From: Octopus sinensis
Lineage: Eukaryota
Direction of reading: 5' to 3'
NCBI RefSeq assembly: GCF_006345805.1
Contig: NC_043002.1
Coordinates: 111,662,001 to 111,726,000, forward strand
DNA length: 64,000 bases
The notes under the pieces were generated by a model, which was not told the origin of the DNA, made no database searches, and worked only from the letters and a program-made list of their open reading frames with translations. This document shows positions 1 to 10,169 of this stretch, piece after piece (the stretch's first letter is position 1; every line of letters begins with the position of its first letter). The position numbers and the translations under genes were made by a program.

Positions 1-129
1 TATGAAGAGGGTAGAGATCAACATCGTTTCAGTTTACAATTAAGTAGTAGGAGGAATTTATTTATAAGATCCTTTGTGGTTATTGTTCAGCCACACATGT
101 GGCTGTATCATGAACTACAATATCAAATA

Positions 130-427
130 CTAGCAGTATCGCCCGGCGTTGCTCAGGTTTGTAAGGGAAATAACTATATAAGCATTTTTAGAGAGTTATA
201 GCCAAAAAATAGCAAAAAATGCATTAAAAATGGAAAAAAAGTGATGGTAAATTTTTTTTAAATCGTTGACTCATCGTAGATGCGCGCTAATACCCAGAAG
301 GGCTCGATATGAATCACGACTATAAGATACCCGGTTTTGGTTAAACTGCACCGCAAAATGTGGGAGTAGTTAGGAATCTAAATCGTAGGAGACAGACAGC
401 ACACAACCTTACTTTTATATATAAAGA
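130..427 (-). mobile_element. Non-autonomous Helitron
   Basis: Minus strand reads A|TCTTTATATATAAAAG...GC-rich hairpin (CTGAGCAACGCCGGG)...CTAG|T; same family at 16125-16518 and 45276-45676. Confidence 0.85.
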
Positions 428-703
428 TATCACTTGAAGGAAATGTAGGTGTTATTTCCAGCTGATTGAGTGACCATGTAGAAGCCCCTTCTTTGATCCA
501 AAAGGAATTTCCCCTCATTGTAAAAAAAAAAAAAAAAAATTGAAGATGCTGGAGCCATTCTAGCAAAGAAATAAATCAGAATGAAGAATCAGATAACTGA
601 GTTGAAATTTAAATAAATCCAAGATACAAACTCTGTCAATGACCAAAATTTATATTTCCACAGATAAAAGCAAAACTAAAAATGTGGGGAGAATAGAACA
701 TGT

Positions 704-1088
704 AGGCGCAGGAGTGGCTGTGTGGTAAGTAGCTTGTTTACCAACCACATGGTTCCGGGTTCGGTCCCACTGCGTGGCACCTTGGGCAAGTGTCTTCTAC
801 TAATAGCCTCGGGCCGACCAAAGCCTTGTGAGTGGATTTGGTAGACGGAAACTGAAAGAAGCCCGTCGTATATATGTATATATATGTATGCGTGTATGTT
901 TGTGTTTGTCCCCCTAGCATTGCTTGACAACCGATGCTGGTGTGTTTATGTCCCCATCACTTAGCGGTTCGGCAAAAGAGACCGATAGAATAAGTACTGG
1001 GCTTACAAAGAATAAGTCCCGGGGTGCTCCAGCATGGCCGCAGTCAAATGACTGAAACAAGTAAAAGAGAGTAAAAGAGTAAAGAGTA
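704..1088 (+). mobile_element. tRNA-derived SINE family A (internal (AT)n, (GAGTAAAA)n tail)
   Basis: A box TGGCTGTGTGG and B box GGTTCRGTCCC. About 20 copies, including + strand 31994-32406, 44395-44783, 54367-54745, 56895-57273, 61034-61425, 63188-63595. Confidence 0.9.
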
Positions 1089-1599
1089 TGTAGACTTCAA
1101 TCTTAGTTTATCAAATGATTAATACCATTACTTATGATAGACATTATAGCTTCTTTTATTTTTTACTTGTTTCAGTCATTACACTGTGGCCATGCAGGAG
1201 CATCACCTTGAAACATTTTTAGTTGAATAAATCAACTCCAGTACTTATTTTTTGTTAAGGCTGGTATTTATTCTCTTCTGTTGAGCTGCTAAGTTATGGG
1301 GACATAAACATACCAACACTGGTTGTCAAGGGGTAATGTGGGACAAATACACACACACACCTGTATATTGATATGTAATTATAAGATCCAAGGATGTAAG
1401 TGTAGGAAGTTTGTAAGCTTTGAGTAGTCCGTGGTAGGTACAAAAACCAGCATTCAGGAACAATTATAATTTATTGACATAGAAGGTTGTAGGCTTTTCT
1501 GATATTGAGGCTTGATAAACTGAAAAATACTTTTTTATAACTCATGGATAGCAACTTGAGTTACTATGAATGCAAATAAAAATCCAAAATAAGGGAGTG

Positions 1600-2720
1600 T
1601 AGTAGGTGAAATTCAGGCTACATGTTTCCTAGCGAGCAGATCCTCTGATGTAGATGGCCATGCTCAATATGTAGGAAAGGCATAGGAAGAAACTCCATAA
1701 GATGTTCCTGCTGCAACCCAATGGCACATAAGAGGTACAGCAATATCAAAGGAACGTTAACAGGGAAAATAGTCTTTGTGTGTGACATATGTACAGAGAT
1801 ACAATAAACACTAGAAATGTACATAAAATAGATTTTGTCAAATGCCGCAGGGACATCTAGAAGTAGGTGATAGTTTCCGTTATTTAGGTGACCAAGTCAG
1901 CAGTGGAGGTGGATACTCTGAGAGTGTAGCCGCAAGAATAAGAATAGGCAGGGCAAAGTTCAGAGAGCTTCTACTTCTGTTGGTAACAAATGGCCTCTCT
2001 CTTAGAATGAAAGACAGACTGTATGATGCCTGTGTGTGAACAGCCATGCTCTATAGCAGTAAAACATGGGCTGTGACAGCCAGGGACATGCGTAGGCTTG
2101 AAAGAAATGAGGCCAGTATGCTTCACTGGATGTGCAATGTCAGTGTGCATGCATGACAGAGTGTAAGTGTTTTGCGAGAAAAACTGGACATAAGAGGCAT
2201 CAAAATGTGGTGTGCAAGTGAGATGAAGAGATTAATGTGTTGGTGTGGTCATGGGATGTATATGGATGAGGACAGTTGTGTAAAGAAGTGCTGATCCCTA
2301 ACTGCGGATGGAACCTGTAGAAGAGGTAGACATTGTCAGTAGCATAATCTTTGAATGTTGGGCCATACAGAGGTGAGGGATGAGGTGGTGAAGCATGACC
2401 TTCAAATGTTGGGCCTCATGGGGGTGACAACAAGGGATTCAGATCTTTGGCGATATGCTGGGCTTGACTCGAGAAATCATAGTCATGACCGTTACCAGTG
2501 TCATGTGAATGACACCCATGAAATTGTAGTTATGGCCACAGCTGGTGTCATGTAAATGACACCTGTGCCAGTGGCATGTAAAATCCACCCATGACACTCT
2601 TGGGGTGGTTGGCTTTAGGAAGGGCATCCAGCTGTAGAAGCCATGCCAAATCAGAATGGAACCTGGTGCAGCTCTCTGGCTTACTAGTTCCAGTCAAACC
2701 GTCTAACCCATCGGCCACGT
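1600..2720 (+). mobile_element. Degenerate RTE-clade LINE, 3' portion
   Basis: FRYLGDQVSSGGG..ARIR...KFRELL and EVVKHDL peptides with stops and frameshifts; inverted relative to 2870-4910. Confidence 0.8.
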
Positions 2721-2869
2721 ATGGATGGTGCATTTTACATGCCATCGGCACAGGTCCCGCAACTACAATTTCCATTTGATTTTTTATGCTGATGTACTTG
2801 ACTCAGTAGGTCTCCTCAAGCACAGCAGGTCACCTTACGATCGAAGATAAGTACAGCAGGCCATCCTGT

Positions 2870-4910
2870 GATCTAAGGCAATTTGGATGGGCTGGGGCTT
2901 CTATGTGAAGCTGGTGCAGGAAACAGCCATGAACTCACATTATTTGTCGGGTCTTCGCAGTCACAGCATATCTCCAGAGGGCTCGGTCTTCCGTCATTGC
3001 CTCTGTGACACCCAGCGTTCGAAGGTCATGCTTTACCACCTCATCCCATATCTTTCTGGGTCTACCTCTACTCTGGGTTCCTTCAACTGTTTAGAAGTGG
3101 CACTTCTTCACACATCTCTCCTCATCCATCCATAGTACATGACCACACCAGGGCAGGCATCTCTCTTGTACGCCACATCCGATGCTTCTTATGTCCAACA
3201 TTTCTCTCAGGGCGCTTACACTCTGTCGTGTGCACACTGACATTACACATCTAGTGGATCATGCTAGCTTCATTTCTTTCAAGCCTACGCATATCCTCTG
3301 CAGTCACAGCCCATGTTTCACTACCATGAAGCATAGCAGTTCGCACACATGCATCATACAATCTACCTTTCATCTGAGTGAGAGACCCTTTGTCACCAGT
3401 AGGGGTAGGAGCTTTCTGAACTTTGCCCAGGCTATTCTTATTCTAGTAGTAACACTCTTTGAGTATCCATCCCCACTACTAACTTGGTCACCTAGGTAGC
3501 GGAAACTATCAACTACTTCTAGTTTTTCCCCCAGGAGTGTAATGGAATCTGTTTTCTGAGTATCAATGGTGTCTATTGCCCCTATGCATCTGCCGCACAC
3601 GAAAGCTATCCTCTCGGTTAATTTTCCTTTGATGGTGCTGCACCTCTTATGCGTCCATAGCTTACACTGGGTACATCTTATGGAGTTTCTACCTACACCT
3701 TTTCTACAGATCGAGCAGGGCCACTTACCTGAAGGGGTGTGTGGTGTATTTGCCTTCCTACTTACTAGGACTTTGGTCTTTGCTACATTGATTCTAAGGC
3801 CTTTTGATTCTAAACCTAGCTCCCACACACGAAATTTCTTTCCGTGATTCTGCTATGAGGGCCAGGTCATCAGCATAGAGGAGCTCCAAGGGGCAACCCG
3901 TTTTGAATTCCTCTGTTATTGTCTGGAGGACTATGATGAATAAAAGGGGATTGAGGGCTGAACCTTGATGGACCCCTACTTCTACCCGGAATTCTTCACT
4001 ATACTCATTGCCAATCCTAACCTTGCTGACAGCCTCTCTGTATAGGGCCTGTACAGCCCTAATTAACCATCCATCAATCTCCAGTTTCCGCATCACCCAC
4101 CAGATAAGGGATCGGGGGACCCTGTCAAAGGCTTTCTCCAAGTCCATGAAAGCTATGTAGAGGAGTTTATCTTTAGCTAGGTATTTCTCCTGCAGTTGTT
4201 GAACCAGAAATATGGCATCAGTGGTGCTTCTACCCGGCACAAAACCGAACTGCATCTCATCTAAGCAAACTCTCTCCCGAATGAGATGGATTATGACCCT
4301 CTCTGTGACCATCACCTGATCCAACAGTTTAATACCCCTGTAGTTATTTCTATCTAGAGCATGACCTTTACCCTTGTAGCAGTTGACTATGGTGCTGCTA
4401 CACCAGTCATTGGGTATGACTCCATTATGAACTACCTGCAGGTGACTAGGCCATAGCCCACACCACCAGATGTTTTAAACATCTCAGCAGTGATTCCTGA
4501 TGGGCCGTACCCTTAATTGCTTTAACTACTAGGGAGCTGTGTATTGGGATAGCTGGTCCCTCTACCGGGTCAACATTTGGCAGGCTCTCCTCCTCCCATT
4601 CATTCAGCAGTCTCTCATAATGGCTTCTCCAAGCCTCTTTCTTTTCAGAAACATTGAAAGCAAGGGCACCATCATCCATGCAGATGCATTTCTCTCCTGT
4701 GACATCACCATTTTCTCTCACACACTGTCTTGCAATCCGAAATACCTCAGTTCTTCGCTCCTCACATCGCTGGACATTGGCAAATTTCTTCTTTTCTGCT
4801 TCCCCTTTGGCTATGTATACCTGCCGCCCGGCCTCCCTTTTGGCTACCTGGTACAGTTCCCTGCTACCCCCATCCCTCCAGGCCTGTTTCTTTGCCCTAA
4901 CGGCTGTCTA
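2870..4910 (-). pseudogene. RTE-clade LINE reverse transcriptase relic
   Basis: QFGFVPGRSTTDAIF, FMDLEKAFDRVP, GVHQGSAL.P.LF, LLYADDLAL, PHD-like CSIC..CTQCKLWTHKRC insert, FRYLG; frameshifted. Confidence 0.92.
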
Positions 4911-4914
4911 CTGT

Positions 4915-5352
4915 ACTATATATATATATAAAATATATATATATATATAAATATATATATTTATATATATATAAATATATATATATAAATATAATAAAAT
5001 ATTATTCGAGACAAAACCACTATTTTGCAAAACAAACAAGGAAAGACTTAATCAATACATAAAATTTTAATAAATAGTCAAAAAAACCGCCACTACAATC
5101 GTTTCTTGTCTTGATCGACAATCTTCAGGTGGACTTCCAATAATTCAGTGTCAAATTATTACCTAATATTTATTATTATATATAAATATATATATATTTA
5201 TATATATCTAAATATAAATATTTATATATATCTAAATATAAATATTTATATATATATAAATATATATATATAAATATATATATATATTTATACATATATA
5301 TATATTTATATACATATATATATATTATATACATATATATATATATATTTAT

Positions 5353-5391
<39 letters not shown>

Positions 5392-5664
5392 TATATTTAT
5401 ACATATATATATAAATATATAATATATATAATATTATATTTATACATATATATATAAATATATAATATATAATATATATTTATACATATATAATATATAT
5501 ATAAATATTATATTTATACATATATATATATATATATAATATATATTTATACATATATATATTATATATAAATATATATTATACATATATATATATATAT
5601 AAATATATATTTATACATATATATATAAATATATATTTATACATACATATATAAATATATATTT

Positions 5665-5703
<39 letters not shown>

Positions 5704-6025
5704 CATTATATATATATATAAATATATATATTTATACATATTATATATATATATAAATATATATTATACATATATATAATAAATATATATTTATACATAT
5801 ATATATATATAATATATATTTATACATATATATATACATATATATATTATATATATATATATATAAATATATATTTATACATATATATATAATAAATATA
5901 TATTTATACATATAAATATATATTTATACATATATATATATAAATATATATTTATACATATATATATATAAATATATATTTATACATATATATATATATT
6001 TATACATACATACATATATATATAC

Positions 6026-6059
<34 letters not shown>

Positions 6060-6081
6060 AATATATATATATATACATACA

Positions 6082-6155
<74 letters not shown>
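4915..6155. repeat. Long (AT)n-rich microsatellite/minisatellite (TATTTATACATATA.. units)
   Basis: Direct inspection; interrupted by the hammerhead insert. Confidence 0.95.
5090..5132 (-). ncRNA. Minimal type I hammerhead ribozyme in a Penelope-like insert (about 4995-5178)
   Basis: CCAC-CUGAAGA-UUGUC(GAUCAA)GACAA-GAAA-CGAUUG-UA-GUGG. Confidence 0.75.
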
Positions 6156-6158
<3 letters not shown>

Positions 6159-6962
6159 TGCACATATAGAGAATTCCTGAAGGAAGGAAGTAGTGTAAGG
6201 TTTGCCAAATTCAGCTTTATTTCCAAGGTTGATAAAATAAAACATCAGTCATACATTGGACTGAAATAGCCAACTATACCTTCACCCACATTTGAGGTAA
6301 TGTGAAGAATCCACTGAAGTGGATATATAGCCAAACATATCCAACGCTATAAAAATAAAAAAACGGTAGAATTTTGGTGTAAGCACCTCAAATAACCACT
6401 CATAACTTTTTTATTTTTTGGAATTTTCGGAAGAATATTAGCGAAATTGTTTTCTACTCACGGGAATTCATATAAATATACAAAAAAAAAATCGTGTAAT
6501 TTAAGGGCGATTTAGCTGTTATTTCTAGCACATCTCAAGACCACAACATAAACACTATCGCTGCTGAATTCTGTTGCTAGTGACTACTATAAAGGAAACA
6601 TTAAGAATATTCTGTAAAATGGAAAACGATAAAACTTTTTTATTTTCAGAGGGAGATTCAGAAAAACAAAGAGATATTAACTTTTATATAAAGAAAAAAA
6701 TTAAAATCACACAAAATTAAAATCTTCAATATAAAGTTTGTGGAAATATCGCAATAATTTCTTGGAGAAATTTCAAATTAACAGAAAAACAACATTTGAG
6801 ATCAAAATAAGTTAAAACAGGAATTGAAATTGAGTAGAAAAGTAGGGAAAAAGTGAAAACAGCTCATTTTGTTTACTTGAAATAAAATTTTCATATTTTA
6901 TTAGATTTAAATTTGAATGCAATAATGAAAAATAAAACTGATAATACCCAACAGGTTAAGGT

Positions 6963-7997
6963 TTATACAACGCAAACATCAACAAAACGTGGATTGTCCT
7001 GTCTTTCCTCACGCATCGTGAAGCCTTGACCGTAGCCTCCAGTCGTATCTTTTTCCAACTGGGGGACACTAAGACACATCGGGCACAGGTGATTCCTCAC
7101 TGATGACGATCTCATCCACATAACCATATTATGTCGGGTTCCAGATTCAATAGGAAGTGCTTCGTGCATCTGGCGACCTCGATGAAGGATTCCGTATCTC
7201 GGCGAGTTAGGATAATGATAAGTTGACGTTTCATACATTTCTGTGTTAAGTCCGCGGAAGTTCAAGCCACCCGCACTAAAATCTTTACCAAGGCAGACAT
7301 TCAGTGTTATTTCAGCATTGTCATAATGAGCACCAAGGTTTCTATCTTGCCCCATTGAATACTTCACAGTAAAAACTCTATGAGAATCAAGGCTACCACC
7401 TCCGAAATCGGGAAACAAGAATCGTGTAATCCATGATATATAATTCATTCTTAGAGGCTCTAGGAACTCCTTATCAAAACCTAATTCTTCGAGCAGGCAA
7501 CCGTTATTGCTCATTGTATTTGGTCGGCCTTTGGGTAAATCACTTCTTTCAAAATATTCCAGTTCTTCGATGAGCATGTCGCAAAACTCTTGCGTAAAAA
7601 TAGGAAATGCATAGAGACGAAACGATTTATGTACAGTGATAGATTTTTTAACATCCTCATTCATTCCTGCGTTCTTGCATAAGTAAACCAAATGCAAGAA
7701 TTTAGGATCCAAAAATGATTCTTTCAGCAAATAAATACTTGGATGCAATGGTCTGTACCTGGATGCGATCAGTTCACGTCGATGTAAAGCACTTTTACAT
7801 ATATCACGCCTTCTCTGTATTTCATCTTTTATCTCTTTAAATATTGCTTCAAATTGTTCATTAGACTTGCAACCCTTTTGTCGCAGAGTTTCGCCGTAAA
7901 GGGTTTTAAATGAACATTCATCTTTGTAAGTAATGTGCAACCCATATTTTCTTAGAAATATGTTACGGCTGTAGAAGCATGCACAATTGTAAAACAT
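6963..7997 (-). CDS. OGFOD2: 2-oxoglutarate/Fe(II)-dependent oxygenase domain-containing protein 2, single exon, 344 aa
   Basis: Uninterrupted ORF. N-terminal CACF..N....YGLH, PKGRPNTM, HYDNAEITLN (HxD), distal H in QMHEALP, RHNMVMWMRSS, CPMC and C-terminal VDVC all match OGFOD2 as recalled. Confidence 0.95.
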   Translation of the reverse strand: MFYNCACFYSRNIFLRKYGLHITYKDECSFKTLYGETLRQKGCKSNEQFEAIFKEIKDEIQRRRDICKSALHRRELIASRYRPLHPSIYLLKESFLDPKFLHLVYLCKNAGMNEDVKKSITVHKSFRLYAFPIFTQEFCDMLIEELEYFERSDLPKGRPNTMSNNGCLLEELGFDKEFLEPLRMNYISWITRFLFPDFGGGSLDSHRVFTVKYSMGQDRNLGAHYDNAEITLNVCLGKDFSAGGLNFRGLNTEMYETSTYHYPNSPRYGILHRGRQMHEALPIESGTRHNMVMWMRSSSVRNHLCPMCLSVPQLEKDTTGGYGQGFTMREERQDNPRFVDVCVV

Positions 7998-8136
7998 AAT
8001 TAAATTCGAAATAACTGATTAATAGTTTTGTTTGGAAAACATCATGAAAAATAATAACTGATTAAAGAAAAAAATTATACACGCCTATAAAGCGCCAAGT
8101 TTGCAGGAATAATAAATAAATAACTGATAAGTGATC

Positions 8137-8168
8137 AGTGACGTCACTATAAGTCTAATTATGACGTA
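8137..8168. promoter_or_regulatory. CRE/ATF sites upstream of OGFOD2
   Basis: Perfect palindrome AGTGACGTCACT at 8137-8148 and ATGACGTA at 8161-8168, about 140-170 nt upstream of the ATG. Confidence 0.5.
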
Positions 8169-9254
8169 GGACAATAAAAGTTGCGTGGAAAAAAGTTAGG
8201 AAGTAAAAGAAAAAAAAAAGGTTAACTTAAAAGAGTATGAGAAAGTATTTACAAACAGTGACTGTTTTTCTTTGTTGGTAATGCAAGCAGACTGTCACGT
8301 TTCCAAAGCCAATATATTTATTTATTCACACACAAAAACGAAAGAGTAATTAGTGGTGGTGATAAATTAGGCTGTGCATCTTGTTGCTAGTTGTTAACTT
8401 TTCAATCTTATTTCCTAAAATGTTCGTTCAAAATTTGATAAAACTTAGATAAACTTAGATATGTTTCGACCAAAGATTGGTCCAGGCCATGTCTAACTTA
8501 ATAGCACCACCTGATAAATACATATATATAAAAAAAAGATAAATACATATATATAAAAAAAGACTATAAAAGCTTGATTTTAAAGATGTATTTATCTATC
8601 TTTATTAATATTATTATTGGAAGAAAATCGTCTCTTCCATTGAAACAACCCCCACTATGTATATATATTCTAAGTATATATAAAATTTTTATACTCGAAC
8701 GAGTTTTAGTTAATTACAGTCACTAATTTTATGTTGAATATACCTGGTGTTCCTCCCTCATTTTTTTAAGGACGTATTCATTGTTCACTTTTTGTGCATC
8801 CTATGTACTGTACATGCACTTTCGGCTACCTTTTCTGATGAGTTGTAGTACACCGGAGCACTGTATACAATAAATTCTTCATAATAATTATTAAAGTTCT
8901 GGGAATAAAATAGAAGCGGAAGAAGTTAAGGTAGAAATTAAATTAAAGGTGACTGATCTCCCCATAACATACAACGTGTTGAATGAGACTGGAAAATTAT
9001 TGGTATTTTGGTAATCTTTCAACTTTGTCAACAGTACCAAATAACTATTTTAGAGCGACAGTAAAAGTATAGGTTTGCAGAGGGAAAAACCTGTCGCTTT
9101 TATTCCATCCCCACCCGACAAGGTCAACTTGTGTCACTATTTCAAATGGAACAAAATAAAATAAAAAAAAAACAAATATTGATTAAACTTGAAAAATATA
9201 ATTTAACTATTGTGTATACCTTAAAACACATGAATAACCCATTTAGGCGATGTT

Positions 9255-9577
9255 ACGGTACAGGTACCGGTGTACTTCCGGAAGAACTGGATACATTTCA
9301 AAAAAGTGGTTTTTTTTTTATATATGGGGGATTAGGATTAGGATTAGGATTAGGGTTTGTGTTAGAAGTACTGGATATATTAAAAAAAAGTGGGTTTTTT
9401 TTATATATAGGGTGTTAGGAATGGGATTAGGGTTTGTGTTAGAAGTACTGGATATATTTTAAAAAAGTGGGGTTTTTTTTTATATATATATATGGGGGGT
9501 TAGGGTTATGTTTAGGATAGAAAAGGGCTTCTGTTATCTTCAGAAATGTAAACAAAGTCACGTGTGTACTTATACCG
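9255..9577. mobile_element. MITE-like element with telomere-like TTAGGG/TTAGGA runs and about 65-bp internal tandem units
   Basis: Imperfect TIRs CGGTACAGGTAC / GTACTTATACCG. Confidence 0.5.
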
Positions 9578-9940
9578 AACAAAAATCGGTTGACTAAAAA
9601 AAAACCAAAAGTACCTTTGTTTAAAAACTAGGAAATAAACAAACAAACGCCGTCAATCCATTTAAACGAATTAAATGCCCCGAGTATTAATGGACCAACC
9701 GTCGTTTCTAACGCGTGTTTTCATTTGTCAATTTGAATGCGAAGCTAGATTGAAAATATCTCTTCGTAATTACTGTCGGAGGCAATTAAAACTATTACGA
9801 TGATAGAAATTATGCATTCGTGCGTTGTAATATTGTTAGAAGAATAAATTGTTTAGAGTGTGAGAGCTACGATTTATTCAATTTAAGTATAAATTCTTAA
9901 AAATTTGACAAATCCGTCAGCAACAGCCATAAGAATTATT

Positions 9941-9990
9941 GACCAATCAGCGCGCTGCTTCCTGAAAACAAAAATTAGCGCGAATTCGAA
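9941..9990 (+). promoter_or_regulatory. PKMYT1 proximal promoter: CCAAT box plus E2F/CDE-CHR-like element
   Basis: GACCAATCAG at 9941-9950, TTAGCGCGAA at 9975-9984, TTCGAA at 9985-9990, about 110-160 nt upstream of the ATG. Confidence 0.5.
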
Positions 9991-10100
9991 GAAGTCGTGA
10001 GAACTTGTTGTGGAAAGATCTTCACCAACAAGTTGCCAAAAAAACGCATAGAAATATCTATCTTCCTCTTCATTTATTTTGATTAACTACTGTTACTTAA

Positions 10101-10169
10101 ATGGCATTTTCAAGTCCCAGACCGACACCGAAGTTTTTCACAGAAACTGCAACATTTAGTACAAAGAAA
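10101..10169 (+). CDS. PKMYT1: PKMYT1 exon 1 ([23 protein letters not shown])
   Basis: ATG at 10101, donor GTAAGT at 10170, phase 0 matches exon 2. Confidence 0.85.

Noticed and set aside
676-930. Recurrent ORFs such as MLGGQTQT.. and ..[20 protein letters not shown]..
   Set aside because: Antisense translations of the SINE A family at each copy.
5176-6245. YI-repeat ORFs (also at 35-36 kb and 44 kb)
   Set aside because: Translations of (AT)n and (AC)n microsatellites.
8829-8892. CTGATGAG followed by a stem, resembling a hammerhead
   Set aside because: No GAAA core; the sequence matches the LINE 3' end seen inverted at 36441-36530.
9326-9515. Interstitial telomere
   Set aside because: Only a few degenerate TTAGGG/TTAGGA units inside a TIR-bounded repeat.
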